Of a stretch of 64,000 nt of DNA, positions 9,738-19,615 are shown in pieces; position 1 is the first letter of the stretch, and each line of letters starts with the position of its first letter. Origin of the DNA: a virus (taxonomy: Duplodnaviria; Caudoviricetes); IMG/VR virus record IMGVR_UViG_641201006_000001, positions 128,001 to 192,000 of that record. One strand, written 5' to 3'. The notes under the pieces are model-generated. The model had not been told where the DNA came from, did not search any database, and saw nothing but the letters and a program-made list of their open reading frames with translations. The position numbers and the translations under genes were made by a program.

Positions 9738-10376
9738 CTATTCCCCTGCTTTCTTCTTCAAGCGTAATACTTCTTTATGAAGCTCCTCGGCTGTCGCCTT
9801 AAATACATCTCGTTCGTTCTCTAGGTGGCGATTCTCTGCTCGTAGCATCTTAATCTCATGCACCATATCACATATCACATCGAAGTCTTGAGCCACATAT
9901 GTCTTACCTGATTGGTCATTCTTATAACGGAATGGTAATGCAGGATATGTACCATATGTCTTCGCTTCCTCTTCGATCTTCTCTAGCATCGTCTTTGGAA
10001 TCGTCATGGTCTTCTCACCTTTGGAGTTCACCGTACCACGTTCCTTACACTCTGCTAGAATAACCGTATCAGCTACGTCACCCGGCATGAACCATATGTT
10101 ACCGGAACCAAGTTGTCTACGTGCTTGCCATTCCTTTACGGAAGGTAAAGCATTCAACTTCGCGGCTACATATTCCTCAAGTGTCTCACCTGAGTTGTCC
10201 GTTATAGAAGTGACCATGTTACGGTTAATCTTCGAATGTGCTTTCTTACGTTCTTTATCTCCGGGTAATTTTAAGAATCGTTGGTCAGGGCCACACTGCA
10301 AACATTTACTGTTATTCTTACAGCGATTATAATACTCGCAATCCCAAATATCAGTCACGTTTACGCCCCTTTCCAC
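9738..10376 (-). CDS. PD-(D/E)xK nuclease, putative Holliday-junction resolvase
   Basis: G-x-x-L-E, GSG, PGDV and AECK pattern of Hjc-like resolvases; N-terminal Cys cluster and C-terminal coiled coil. Confidence 0.6.
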   Translation of the reverse strand: MERGVNVTDIWDCEYYNRCKNNSKCLQCGPDQRFLKLPGDKERKKAHSKINRNMVTSITDNSGETLEEYVAAKLNALPSVKEWQARRQLGSGNIWFMPGDVADTVILAECKERGTVNSKGEKTMTIPKTMLEKIEEEAKTYGTYPALPFRYKNDQSGKTYVAQDFDVICDMVHEIKMLRAENRHLENERDVFKATAEELHKEVLRLKKKAGE

Positions 10377-10890
10377 GACCTACGTCGCCTCGTCCTTGTG
10401 CATCCAGTTTCAATGCACCGTTGCCATTGACCATCTTATCACTCTTCTTGAGCAAGTTGTCGATAACAGAATCCATAAACTCTGCTCTCTCCTCCCATCG
10501 CTCTACAAGCGGGATAAGTGGTTCACTATCACCCTTAAATGAAGACGTTTCTAGGTACTGTAAGATTAATGCATCTCGTTCATCTACCGTCATACCTGCT
10601 TTCTTTTTGAAAGTCAGCTTGAGTTGTTTCTTGGCATTTGATAAACGAGTAGAATAACGCTTGAGCATCTTCTTCGCATATCCATAATCAAACCTTGCAC
10701 GAGTATATACTTCGTCAATCTCGGAGTTGATGATTAAAATATCAGTCGCATCGAGATCGGCGGGAACTTCAATTGCTTGAACAGCGTCAATGTAGTAATC
10801 TTCGAACTCATCCCACTGGTCATCGGTTACTTTCCGTATGTCCAGCTTTCCTTCGTCGTCACTTACACGCTGTTGTTTCTTCTTATCCAT
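10351..10890 (-). CDS. Hypothetical helical protein
   Basis: 179 aa ORF with GGAGG RBS. Confidence 0.7.
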   Translation of the reverse strand: MDKKKQQRVSDDEGKLDIRKVTDDQWDEFEDYYIDAVQAIEVPADLDATDILIINSEIDEVYTRARFDYGYAKKMLKRYSTRLSNAKKQLKLTFKKKAGMTVDERDALILQYLETSSFKGDSEPLIPLVERWEERAEFMDSVIDNLLKKSDKMVNGNGALKLDAQGRGDVGRGKGRKRD

Positions 10891-10915
10891 TGCACAACCT
10901 CCTTGTTATTACGAG

Positions 10916-11503
10916 TTAGAAGGGATGGATAATCTCTACGACTTCATCAATCGTCTTATCAGACGTGTCGATATGGAACATAGATAGTTTTGGTTGACCC
11001 GCATGTTCCTTCTCAAACGCAAACAGGACTTCATCATACTTCGCTTGTTGCTTCATGATCTCCTGCACGTTTTCGGGAATCGCATCAAAAAGGTCAACCT
11101 TCTCACGATTGATTCTATGGATTAATTCCTGTTCATCTGAGTGATGTAGGTAATATATCTCTACTTCGTCAAACACTTCGAATAACTCCTTGCAGAACAT
11201 TTCGTAATGCGTATCGAAGTCATACTGTTTATACAGTTGAGAATATACCATCTCACTAAAGAAGAAGCGGTCAAAGATGAACACCATATCTTTTGTAAGC
11301 CTTTGGTTTTCTTTCATCTTCTGGAACATATCAAAGAATCCTCTGTAATATGTTGCTATCTTGAGTAAGCCATCTAGACCATCGTCGCTGAAACCAGTTG
11401 GATTAATCCATGTGCTTCCCCATATTTCTTCTCGTAGTCGTCTTGAAACTGTGGACTTCCCGGTTGCCCTCGGCCCTTCTAACATAATTGCCTTCAACGA
11501 CAT
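10916..11503 (-). CDS. Thymidylate-kinase-like dNMP kinase
   Basis: P-loop LEGPRATGKST and DRFFFSEMVY motif. Confidence 0.82.
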   Translation of the reverse strand: MSLKAIMLEGPRATGKSTVSRRLREEIWGSTWINPTGFSDDGLDGLLKIATYYRGFFDMFQKMKENQRLTKDMVFIFDRFFFSEMVYSQLYKQYDFDTHYEMFCKELFEVFDEVEIYYLHHSDEQELIHRINREKVDLFDAIPENVQEIMKQQAKYDEVLFAFEKEHAGQPKLSMFHIDTSDKTIDEVVEIIHPF

Positions 11504-11575
11504 CTCCTCCTAACGAATATACTGTCACAATTGAGAGTCCATAAAAGAAGTTTACGATAAAACGCATCGTAAACT

Positions 11576-11950
11576 CTAATGTAATGGATTATAGGAATCA
11601 TCATGCAGTTGCACATTTTGACGTAAATGAATCAAAACTGTCTGCACTTCTTGTGATGCTCGCTCTAAGTTTGCTATCGCAAGTTCAGCTTTCTCAATCA
11701 GGTTCGGTAACTCTTCCTCGTCGTTACCCGTGTATAGAATCACGTTTGGCTGGGACTGTGAAGATGTTTCTTGAATCTGTAGTTTACCCTGTTCCACTAG
11801 CGTTTTAATCGCACGATGAACAGTTGCATTGGAGTACCCAGTCTTTTCACCGATACTCATAACAGATTCTTGCAACTTGCCGCCAAGATGATTCCATTTG
11901 ATATATCTCAAAATGTCATGTAATGTTCGCTTATTATTAGTCATACGCAT
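11576..11950 (-). CDS. Winged helix-turn-helix DNA-binding protein
   Basis: SVMSIGEKTGYSNATVHRAIKTLVEQGKL. Confidence 0.8.
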   Translation of the reverse strand: MRMTNNKRTLHDILRYIKWNHLGGKLQESVMSIGEKTGYSNATVHRAIKTLVEQGKLQIQETSSQSQPNVILYTGNDEEELPNLIEKAELAIANLERASQEVQTVLIHLRQNVQLHDDSYNPLH

Positions 11951-12029
11951 AATACGTCACCACTCCTACTATATGTTGTGGCTCGGTCATGTAAAATCAG
12001 TATACTATGCTAGAAAAAATTCAGCAATC

Positions 12030-12575
12030 TTAAAACACCTTATTTTTCTTAGCCTTACGAAGTTCAGTCGTCAGACGTTGCTTCGGTTCTTTTGCGGTTT
12101 TGTCCGTTAGGATAGAGATGCTTTCTTGCATATCAATCACTTGTTTATCTGTTGCTAATTCTACCTTATCGAAGAAGATAACTAAGTTAGGGGATAACAT
12201 AGCAAGCATCTTCTCGACGATAGCTTTTCTTTCTTCTTGCTTACGTTTTGTTTTTACGAAGCGAAGATGCAGATAATACACGTCATCTTCTGTGAGATTC
12301 ATGCGCTTCCACGCTGCTCTCAGTTTATCCGCACACTCTTTTGAAATTGGATCTTTTGTCACAACGACAATCTTCGGATTATATGAACCCGTACCAAACT
12401 CAATGATTGCATTCGGGAATTTCTTTCTTGCCATCATATGCAGGTCATCAATGCGCACATGCGTGCGAAGATAATCCAGTGCATACTTACGGTCTTCTTT
12501 CTCTTGCCCTTTTGTTACAGCTAGTAAACTACTTTGAATACTTTTCATAAACTCTTTGTCTGTTGAACGATACAT
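12030..12575 (-). CDS. Hypothetical protein with degenerate UDG-like fold
   Basis: FGTGSYNPKIVVV, DDVYYL and LSPNLVIFF echo family-4 UDG structural motifs without catalytic residues; start after AGGAGAG. Confidence 0.45.
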   Translation of the reverse strand: MYRSTDKEFMKSIQSSLLAVTKGQEKEDRKYALDYLRTHVRIDDLHMMARKKFPNAIIEFGTGSYNPKIVVVTKDPISKECADKLRAAWKRMNLTEDDVYYLHLRFVKTKRKQEERKAIVEKMLAMLSPNLVIFFDKVELATDKQVIDMQESISILTDKTAKEPKQRLTTELRKAKKNKVF

Positions 12576-12586
12576 ACTATCTCTCC

Positions 12587-13024
12587 TCACCAATAACTCA
12601 TTATTGTCATCATCATAATATAGTAAACGAAGACGATGAACAACTCGCCCCATCCTCCTGTTTTAAACTTCGCTAATGAATACATTTTCTTAGACGGCCA
12701 TAGCAAAGGTACGCCTTTCTTATTGAATAAATCTAGCAATAAATGTGTCATGTATCCTACGAAAAACATGAAGATAAAGCTAGGTACGATGAAGAGGAGA
12801 CTGAATATGACTGCACCTAGAAGAGAATGCGTAAAATTCTTCCTGTGTGGTTTAAAGAATAACCATAATGGAATCACCCTACCTAAATACGATTGTTTTA
12901 AATCCGTATCGGCAAATAATCCTCCGGCTGTACATATCAGTATATAAAACGGGTGTAGCTCCAATTTAGATGCCAATGCACCGCCTGTAATAGCAGCAAC
13001 GGCAATATGTGCTTTACCTGTCAT
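12587..13024 (-). CDS. YdjM-like membrane metal-dependent hydrolase
   Basis: MTGKAH, DTD, HRKNFTHSL, THLLLD, GVPLLWP; hydrophobic overall. Confidence 0.82.
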   Translation of the reverse strand: MTGKAHIAVAAITGGALASKLELHPFYILICTAGGLFADTDLKQSYLGRVIPLWLFFKPHRKNFTHSLLGAVIFSLLFIVPSFIFMFFVGYMTHLLLDLFNKKGVPLLWPSKKMYSLAKFKTGGWGELFIVFVYYIMMMTIMSYW

Positions 13025-13053
13025 ACCATCCCCTCTCTCGGCTTATTACACCT

Positions 13054-13074
13054 AGTATAGACAAATGTAATACT
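13054..13074 (-). promoter_or_regulatory. Copy of repeated 21-bp phage promoter/operator-like motif
   Basis: Minus strand AGTATTACATTTGTCTATACT upstream of an RBS. Related copies at 24601, 29267, 36001, 49325, 53760 and 61486. Confidence 0.55.
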
Positions 13075-13076
13075 CT

Positions 13077-14219
13077 TTATTCAAAGAATGTAACAGTATA
13101 TTTACCCGGTGTATATTTCGGCTCAATGTCTGTTACGGTATGTGAATGCGATACAAGTTTCTGTGTGATCTGTACCGTCATTGGTAACTTTAATTCATGT
13201 GCTAATTCTTTTGCACGTTTCACTGCCGCACCTTTTGTTTCGAATCCACCTTCTTGTAGTTCCATGTTTGTGTATTCAAACTCATTACGACTAAGCGGGA
13301 TACGTGTACCATAAGAATAAATCTCATAGTAAGTCTTCCACTTTCTTGTGCCTTCTGTTGGATAATCCCACGATGTACATAGCTTCGTTTCCTCTGCCGG
13401 CATCGCTGTATTAATCGCACAAATGCGACCCATATCCACATCTTCTAAGTCTGCCGCTACACGAGCAGCGTGATTACGACTTAACGCTTCTACCTGTATC
13501 TTATTATCCTTTCTAGAGCCAATTAAGATACTTGGTAAAGGTTTGTTATTCGGTTCTTCTTTCTTAGCACCTAGTGTTCTCTTCCCAACCGGTACTCCGC
13601 TTTTTGTTTTTGCTACTGGCTTCTTCTTCGTTTTTGGTAATGGTTTCTTTGTTGGTGTAGCCAATTGACTCGCTCCTTTCAGGTTATCGTAAATATCTTG
13701 GTCATCTAGTCCTAACTTAGACTGTGTAAATGCTCTTGTTGGATTGTAATGATCCCATTCATGAAACAGTAATTGCAACTGACGACGGCTCTCTTGTTCT
13801 TTTCGTTTTTCCGCCTGTGGACGCTTCCACTGTTTCGGTTTCTTATTATCATATGTTAACTGTGCTGACGTCATTTTTATCGGTTCTTGACCTGCACGAA
13901 CCTTATCTAAGCGTGCTAAAAATATCTGCGTATGCACAAGCGGGCCAGCTTTCAATAATTTAATCTGATGTGCCAGTGCCGCATGAAGTTTTTTAAATCC
14001 TTTTCCGTCCGATGTCATAAACGAATGACCGCTTACCCAATGTCTAATATGTGTAATTGCAGTACGCTCCCACGCAAGAGTTTCTTCTTGGCGGTTTATC
14101 TTCACTTGATGATTGATGGCAAATTGATGCTGATTATATCTCTTACCATCTGTTGTAATAAATACTTGTCTTCCTTTCGCATCTATTTCAGATTCGAGAC
14201 GGTCAAATAAGATTGCCAT
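13077..14219 (-). CDS. Hypothetical basic protein with duplicated N-terminal motif
   Basis: 380 aa; FITTDGKRY...AINHQVK and FMTSDGKGF...ALAHQIK repeat. Confidence 0.7.
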   Translation of the reverse strand: MAILFDRLESEIDAKGRQVFITTDGKRYNQHQFAINHQVKINRQEETLAWERTAITHIRHWVSGHSFMTSDGKGFKKLHAALAHQIKLLKAGPLVHTQIFLARLDKVRAGQEPIKMTSAQLTYDNKKPKQWKRPQAEKRKEQESRRQLQLLFHEWDHYNPTRAFTQSKLGLDDQDIYDNLKGASQLATPTKKPLPKTKKKPVAKTKSGVPVGKRTLGAKKEEPNNKPLPSILIGSRKDNKIQVEALSRNHAARVAADLEDVDMGRICAINTAMPAEETKLCTSWDYPTEGTRKWKTYYEIYSYGTRIPLSRNEFEYTNMELQEGGFETKGAAVKRAKELAHELKLPMTVQITQKLVSHSHTVTDIEPKYTPGKYTVTFFE

Positions 14220-14670
14220 TTTTAATTCGCTCCCTCACATTCATAATCATGATGCCGAGGCGATTCTTACCTTTGCCGGTTACACTTTGACCCCAGTATC
14301 TATCTCTATCGCTATGATGAATCAGTTCCTTATCACCAGTGCTTAATAATAATGTTCGTAGCCATTCATGTTGCTTGAACTTATGTATTAGTCCGACAAA
14401 CATGACATGCTCTTTCATGACATCCCAATCCTCATGAATAGGATAATCCGTACGCTGACCTAATCGTCTTGCTTCAAAAGGATTGTTTGTCGCTAGAATC
14501 TCCTCTACCGGTTCCAAATCAATAAACTTCTGCGCATGATAATAATGTTCTAACGTCGGATATTCTGTGCCAGCAATGACAACAGGGTGTTTACTCATAC
14601 AACTAAACTCCGAGTAGTTATCTGACCCGGAGTAAAATCGAATGGCGTTACTTTTTATATTTGCTTTCAA
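14203..14670 (-). CDS. NADAR (YbiA-like) family protein
   Basis: YPTLEHYYHAQKF, KFKQH, LLLSTGDKEL, DRYWG, GKNRLG; TTG start after AGGAGG. Confidence 0.92.
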   Translation of the reverse strand: MKANIKSNAIRFYSGSDNYSEFSCMSKHPVVIAGTEYPTLEHYYHAQKFIDLEPVEEILATNNPFEARRLGQRTDYPIHEDWDVMKEHVMFVGLIHKFKQHEWLRTLLLSTGDKELIHHSDRDRYWGQSVTGKGKNRLGIMIMNVRERIKNGNLI

Positions 14671-14971
14671 CGTGTTCAACCTCCTTCGCTATCTTCAAGA
14701 AATTACGACGAGACACGAGAACACGATACTCTGTCTCTACAAGCTGTTTATCTAACGTCACATATACCATGACCATATCATCTTGTAAGTGACTATTGTT
14801 GTGATACCAAAACGATGCCGTATAAAGAGACGGATCGCTGTCGATAAACTTATAGCCTAATTCGATTCGCTTACCAATCATTTTATTAAAGGTTTCTTTT
14901 CGTTTCCTCTTCTCTGTATTCTGAGCATCTAATATATCCTTTATAGACATATCTCTTACTTGCTTGTTCAT
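14648..14971 (-). CDS. Hypothetical protein
   Basis: ORF coupled to the primase gene. Confidence 0.65.
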   Translation of the reverse strand: MNKQVRDMSIKDILDAQNTEKRKRKETFNKMIGKRIELGYKFIDSDPSLYTASFWYHNNSHLQDDMVMVYVTLDKQLVETEYRVLVSRRNFLKIAKEVEHVESKYKK

Positions 14972-16242
14972 AGACTCACTCCTAACCGTTTCTCAACCAT
15001 ACTTTTAAATACTACTTTCTCCGATGGATTCTGTATACTCTCAAGTATTGGTAACAGTTCATCTAAGGCTTCCATCTGTGCGTCCTGCATCTTTCTGTCG
15101 AAGTCAGATAATGTTTGTTCTGCTACGACTTGCAACGCTGGTTTTGCATTTCCTTTGATGAAGTTTAGAATCGACGCTTCGTCTTGCTTTAATTTATTCA
15201 TGACCTCTGCCGGATCCATACCAGGAGATACAACAATTTTGACACGGAATCCAAACTCAAGTAAATCTTCAATAGATTCCATCATTGCATCAAAGCCAGC
15301 AGAATCTCCATCATACCAAAAGACAAGATTGCTTGTGATTCGTTTTAGCTTTTCCATTTGTTCACGAGTAAATGCAGTACCGCATGTTGCAATACTATTT
15401 TCTAAGCCCGCTTGGTGGGCGATAATCACATCTGTATATCCTTCGAATACCATTGCATACCCTCTTGAACGAATCGCCTTACGAGCGTGTGTAAGACCAT
15501 AGAGATAATGTCTCTTCTCATAAGCCTCTGACGTATAATCGTTTAGGTACTTTGGCTGTTCATCCTTTAATGTACGATAAGCCATTGCAATTGTTTTAGA
15601 AGTCTTCAGATTGAATCCCTCCTCGACTAAACCAAATACCAATCGACCGGCAACCTTCTGACCAAATAACGGATTACTATTATCGTCCTCGCTTATGTAT
15701 CCCATGCGGAACTTCTTAATAGACTGCTTCGTAATTCCTCGGCTATACACATATTCCATGACTGCTTTATTCGCTAATAAGTTTCTGCAATACTCATAGT
15801 TCAGCTTATGTGTTTTCTTCTTCGCTTGCTCTAACTTATAGTTTACATTCGCTTTCGGCGGTGTAATTCCCGCACGCTCCATTAAAATCATACATGCTTC
15901 CGGGAAAGATACACGTTCCATATTCATAACGAACCCAATGACATTCGGGCCGCCATCCTCAATCTTATGTCCATCCGGAAGCGTTAGGATGTTGGGCTTT
16001 GTTTTCTTCTCATCCGCCCACTTACGTCCGGCACTACACTTCCTGCTAAAACAGAAATAAGACGGGTCTTCGTCCTTCTTCTCAAAGATGTGCAAGTTAC
16101 CATGCTCACCATCGTTATGAAACGGACACGTTGCCTTATTGCTGCTGTTAAATACTACTCCATATTCCTTTGCCACTTCACGTAAGTCATTTTCCTCTAA
16201 TATTTGACGAATATGATCGTCGGTTATCTTACCGATTTTCAT
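14968..16242 (-). CDS. dnaG: DNA primase, DnaG type
   Basis: CPFH zinc-binding domain, PKYLN, TOPRIM EGYTD, CGTAFT and YDGDSAG; AGGAGG before MKIGK. Confidence 0.93.
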   Translation of the reverse strand: MKIGKITDDHIRQILEENDLREVAKEYGVVFNSSNKATCPFHNDGEHGNLHIFEKKDEDPSYFCFSRKCSAGRKWADEKKTKPNILTLPDGHKIEDGGPNVIGFVMNMERVSFPEACMILMERAGITPPKANVNYKLEQAKKKTHKLNYEYCRNLLANKAVMEYVYSRGITKQSIKKFRMGYISEDDNSNPLFGQKVAGRLVFGLVEEGFNLKTSKTIAMAYRTLKDEQPKYLNDYTSEAYEKRHYLYGLTHARKAIRSRGYAMVFEGYTDVIIAHQAGLENSIATCGTAFTREQMEKLKRITSNLVFWYDGDSAGFDAMMESIEDLLEFGFRVKIVVSPGMDPAEVMNKLKQDEASILNFIKGNAKPALQVVAEQTLSDFDRKMQDAQMEALDELLPILESIQNPSEKVVFKSMVEKRLGVSL

Positions 16243-16265
16243 GTTGCTACCTCCTTTTACATAAC

Positions 16266-16283
16266 TGTGCGTGCGAACGCACA
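16266..16283 (-). repeat. CGTTCGCACG-apex hairpin family, copy 1 of 7
   Basis: Core at 16270-16279 with TGTG/CACA stem. Other cores at 36700, 44207, 48643, 50078, 53417 and 61535. Confidence 0.75.
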
Positions 16284-16284
16284 T

Positions 16285-16316
16285 AAAAAAGACACCCTAC
16301 AATGAGAGTGTCTTTT
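16285..16316 (-). terminator. Rho-independent terminator after endolysin
   Basis: AAAAGACAC...GTGTCTTTTTT. Confidence 0.75.
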
Positions 16317-16320
16317 GCTT

Positions 16321-17427
16321 TTAGACGACCTTAACGAATTTCTCGCTTGCCGTGATATAGAATACAGCACCTTTTGAGTTCTGTACTTTATATTGCGGTG
16401 AGCCGTCTACATCTACTTGCCCGATGATTGTGAAGCCTTGACCTTTCAAGACAACACCGGACACTTTTGATTTGTCCCAAGTTGGTTGAGAGTAGAAGTT
16501 TAATTGGTCTACGATAGACTCAACACGCTTTCCTACATACCATGCTTGAGTTCCTACTACCTCAACGAACGTATCGCTCGCTGTGATGTAGAATGTTGCA
16601 CCTGCGGAGTTTTGTACCTTATACTGGAACGCATCTCCGACTTGCAGTTTCTCTACGATCTTAGGGAAGACTTGATCTTTTTCAATCGTACCCGCCACAT
16701 CTGCATCAGCCCAAGAAGGTCTGTTGTAGAATCGTAAAGAGTTTGCTTTACATTTCAATTGTTTCCCTGAGTAGTCGCCACCTAAAGAAGTAACATTGTC
16801 ATTATTGACAGGTGGAGGAGCGATTTGATTCGTTTTACCTCCGCTAATGTACCACTCTAAAGTTTTGTCACCCATTAATTTATTACGGTCAACTTTCCCT
16901 ACACCATTCATCCATCCGCCTGTTTCACCATCAGCATATTGCCAGATGTCACATTTGTACTTCGGTTCAGGGCCACCGTAACGTGGAATCCATAAGAAGT
17001 CAGCCTTCACTTTGTTTAATCCATACTTCTCATACATGTGATGAGATACGTAGAATCCAACCATCCAGCCTTTCGACTTACAGCGGTCAATGAATGCTTG
17101 AGATGCAGCAGCGATATTATCAGGGCCACATGATTTCAGCGTATCATCTTCCGTATCCAGTACAAGGAACTTTGCATTCGGGCTTACACGTTTCATGAAG
17201 TCGTCAGCCTCTACAATCGCATCTGCAACAGAGACAAAGCATCCGTAAGCATATGCGGCATGTGGTACGCCACGAGCTTCTAATTCACGTACAAAGCTAT
17301 CATACAAACGATCCTTTAAGTTAGAACCATATTGCACACGGCAAATTGCTAGTCCTAATTGTGGTGCTAGAACGTTCCAATTAATATTGTCGTTCCATTT
17401 CGAAATGTCGATTACTTCTCTACCCAT
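16321..17427 (-). CDS. Endolysin: GH25 muramidase with two C-terminal cell-wall-binding repeats (PlyB-like)
   Basis: IDISKWN, LDTE, WIPRYG, IWQY, GKVDRN; duplicated L-x-FY-x-x-P-x-W...QYKVQNS-x-GA-x-FYITAS repeat. Confidence 0.92.
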   Translation of the reverse strand: MGREVIDISKWNDNINWNVLAPQLGLAICRVQYGSNLKDRLYDSFVRELEARGVPHAAYAYGCFVSVADAIVEADDFMKRVSPNAKFLVLDTEDDTLKSCGPDNIAAASQAFIDRCKSKGWMVGFYVSHHMYEKYGLNKVKADFLWIPRYGGPEPKYKCDIWQYADGETGGWMNGVGKVDRNKLMGDKTLEWYISGGKTNQIAPPPVNNDNVTSLGGDYSGKQLKCKANSLRFYNRPSWADADVAGTIEKDQVFPKIVEKLQVGDAFQYKVQNSAGATFYITASDTFVEVVGTQAWYVGKRVESIVDQLNFYSQPTWDKSKVSGVVLKGQGFTIIGQVDVDGSPQYKVQNSKGAVFYITASEKFVKVV

Positions 17428-17467
17428 ACTATCAGCTCCCTTGTGGGAGATAGAGGTTGGTTACCTC

Positions 17468-17803
17468 TTATAGTTCGTCAACTGACTTCAAGTCACCATA
17501 CGATAGAAATATGCGAAACTCAAATGATAGAGGCGCATAATCTTTTCCGACAACTCGTAAAACATAGTCAGTAACTTCATTATACATGTTCTCTTCGTGT
17601 CCTGCATTAATAAAGAATGTATTTGCTCCGCCACGCTGATGATTAACTCGAATCGCTTTATGTCCGAACTCACCCTCATACGCTTTGATTAACTTACGAT
17701 TGATTTCCTCTACTAACGCCTCTTTGTCGTATCCTGCGTGTACGACAATATTGAAAGCGCCGATTTGCACTTCATTTGCTCCTATCGGTTGTGGTTTTGC
17801 CAT
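17468..17803 (-). CDS. Hypothetical protein
   Basis: Start MAKPQP after AAGGGAG. Confidence 0.6.
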   Translation of the reverse strand: MAKPQPIGANEVQIGAFNIVVHAGYDKEALVEEINRKLIKAYEGEFGHKAIRVNHQRGGANTFFINAGHEENMYNEVTDYVLRVVGKDYAPLSFEFRIFLSYGDLKSVDEL

Positions 17804-17972
17804 TGTGTTTGGCTCCCTTCTCTTTAATGTCTTTTTGTATTTCTGATACCAACACTGCACAATCATCACAATACCCTGTGTTGTGTAGAGACTCACTTGC
17901 TGGAATCTCCGTTTTACAACGTGTGCAATTTGTCACTACGTTTTCGAAATAACGTTTATCTCTTTTCATCAT
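17772..17972 (-). CDS. Small zinc-finger protein
   Basis: CTRC...CDDC; coupled to the upstream stop. Confidence 0.6.
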   Translation of the reverse strand: MMKRDKRYFENVVTNCTRCKTEIPASESLHNTGYCDDCAVLVSEIQKDIKEKGAKHNGKTTTDRSK

Positions 17973-18382
17973 TATCCACCATTTACTACTTTCTTCGGTT
18001 TTACCCAGCTACACTTGTCACATACGAATCCATACTTTGGTGTTCCCGGAATACGATCCATCCAAAGTTCTCCTCCGCAATGACATAACTGGTCATCATT
18101 CATTTCATGGTACTTTAACGTATCGACCTTCGCTTCGATGTAGTTCGCTAAAGTATTTACTTCTTTACATTCCGGACATTCAATCAATTGCTCCATGTCC
18201 GTTTCTTCTTTAATACGTTTCTCTGTTGATTCATGTAATGCGTGGTCTTTATTAATTTCGATAATGCCGTTGTGGAAGATTACTTCCGTCATCTCTTTAT
18301 TTTGTCTGACTGCATACGGCTCACCGTTCTTTAATACAACATGCATCTCATGTGCTTGCGCACACGCTGGACATCTAAACAT
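17972..18382 (-). CDS. Double zinc-ribbon protein
   Basis: CPAC, CPEC, CHC, CDKC; GGAGG RBS. Confidence 0.75.
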   Translation of the reverse strand: MFRCPACAQAHEMHVVLKNGEPYAVRQNKEMTEVIFHNGIIEINKDHALHESTEKRIKEETDMEQLIECPECKEVNTLANYIEAKVDTLKYHEMNDDQLCHCGGELWMDRIPGTPKYGFVCDKCSWVKPKKVVNGG

Positions 18383-18393
18383 AATCTAACCTC

Positions 18394-18825
18394 CTAAATA
18401 TTTGAGTGCCACCCTAGTTTACCATCGACGATACCAAATATCTTTTCATGTGTATCTTCATACTGCTTTGAAAAGAACTGCGGGTGGGTTGGTATCTTCT
18501 CTCCCGGATGATTCGGGTCATCTTGCATTGAACCCTCTATGTACGGTACGGGTTTTAATTCTTTACTTGGCGGTTCGGATTCCTGCACTTCGTAACCCGG
18601 CCCATACCAATAGCGTAAGCAAAGCGGTGTACCATCTTGCGTTACATGTAAGTAATCACAAGGCATGTGGTGGGGATCAGGATGTTCGCATATTGCTGTC
18701 CTGTCATTTCTAGCTCCCCAACCTATGAAGCGTTCCTCAAAATGGTCACATTTGCTATCTGCTGGCGTAGGTGTTCGATACCCACGCTGTCGGTTTGTTG
18801 TGCGACCGATTTTAACTTTCGCCAT
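18394..18825 (-). CDS. Hypothetical Cys/His-containing protein
   Basis: Start MAKVKIG after AAGGAG. Confidence 0.65.
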   Translation of the reverse strand: MAKVKIGRTTNRQRGYRTPTPADSKCDHFEERFIGWGARNDRTAICEHPDPHHMPCDYLHVTQDGTPLCLRYWYGPGYEVQESEPPSKELKPVPYIEGSMQDDPNHPGEKIPTHPQFFSKQYEDTHEKIFGIVDGKLGWHSNI

Positions 18826-18904
18826 CGGAACTCTCCTTTCTTGATAAGACTCACATAGTAATCTTATCAAGAAAAGAAGCCGCCGACTAGGGCGACTGTC
18901 CTTT

Positions 18905-19615
18905 TTATACTGCTTCTTGTTCTTCCTCTTCTTCGTCCTCGTCCCAATCAAAGTCATCGTCGTCACCGACATGCTCTCTGATAACCGTTTTACCTGCAAC
19001 AATCTGACTGATTAATGTTTTGTCAGCCGTCATCGCTAGGTGCGGTTGGTGAGTAACCATGATAATCTGACGGTTAAATGTTTTCGAGATGAACGCTAAG
19101 AACTCACCTAGCTTCACCACATATTCTTCTGATACGTGTTTACCCGGTTCATCTAAGATGATAGGGCCTTGTATCTTCGGTTCGTTGTATACAACCATCA
19201 CCGCAACTTGCAATGCAATCGCTACGATGTCATTGATACCACCACCACGAGAATCTTGTGGTTCATTCTCAATCGGCTCACCATTTTCACCAACTGAACA
19301 TACGAGGAATCGTGCGGCAGGTTTCCCGCCTGATTCCGTCATCTCAATTTTGAATGTGAAATCATGACCGAATATATGTTGTAAGGCACGAGTAACAACC
19401 TTCTCCATACGCTTACGACCAGCTTCACGGGCTGAGTCTGCCGTCTTCACAAGTAGTGCAGAGATTTGTTCCAGCTTCATACGTTCCTGTACTACGCCTT
19501 CAATCTTTGCTTCTAGGTCTTTCTTTTGGTCAGCAAGGATATTGCGCTCTGCTACACGTTTGTTAAAGTCATCTTGCATTCCTACTACTTTATGTGTAAG
19601 TACGCTTAAACGCAT
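18905..19615 (-). CDS. SbcC/Rad50 C-terminal half (ABC ATPase signature and Walker B)
   Basis: Coiled coil then SRGGG, IILDEP and VTHQ; no Walker A; acidic tail. Confidence 0.88.
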   Translation of the reverse strand: MRLSVLTHKVVGMQDDFNKRVAERNILADQKKDLEAKIEGVVQERMKLEQISALLVKTADSAREAGRKRMEKVVTRALQHIFGHDFTFKIEMTESGGKPAARFLVCSVGENGEPIENEPQDSRGGGINDIVAIALQVAVMVVYNEPKIQGPIILDEPGKHVSEEYVVKLGEFLAFISKTFNRQIIMVTHQPHLAMTADKTLISQIVAGKTVIREHVGDDDDFDWDEDEEEEEQEAV

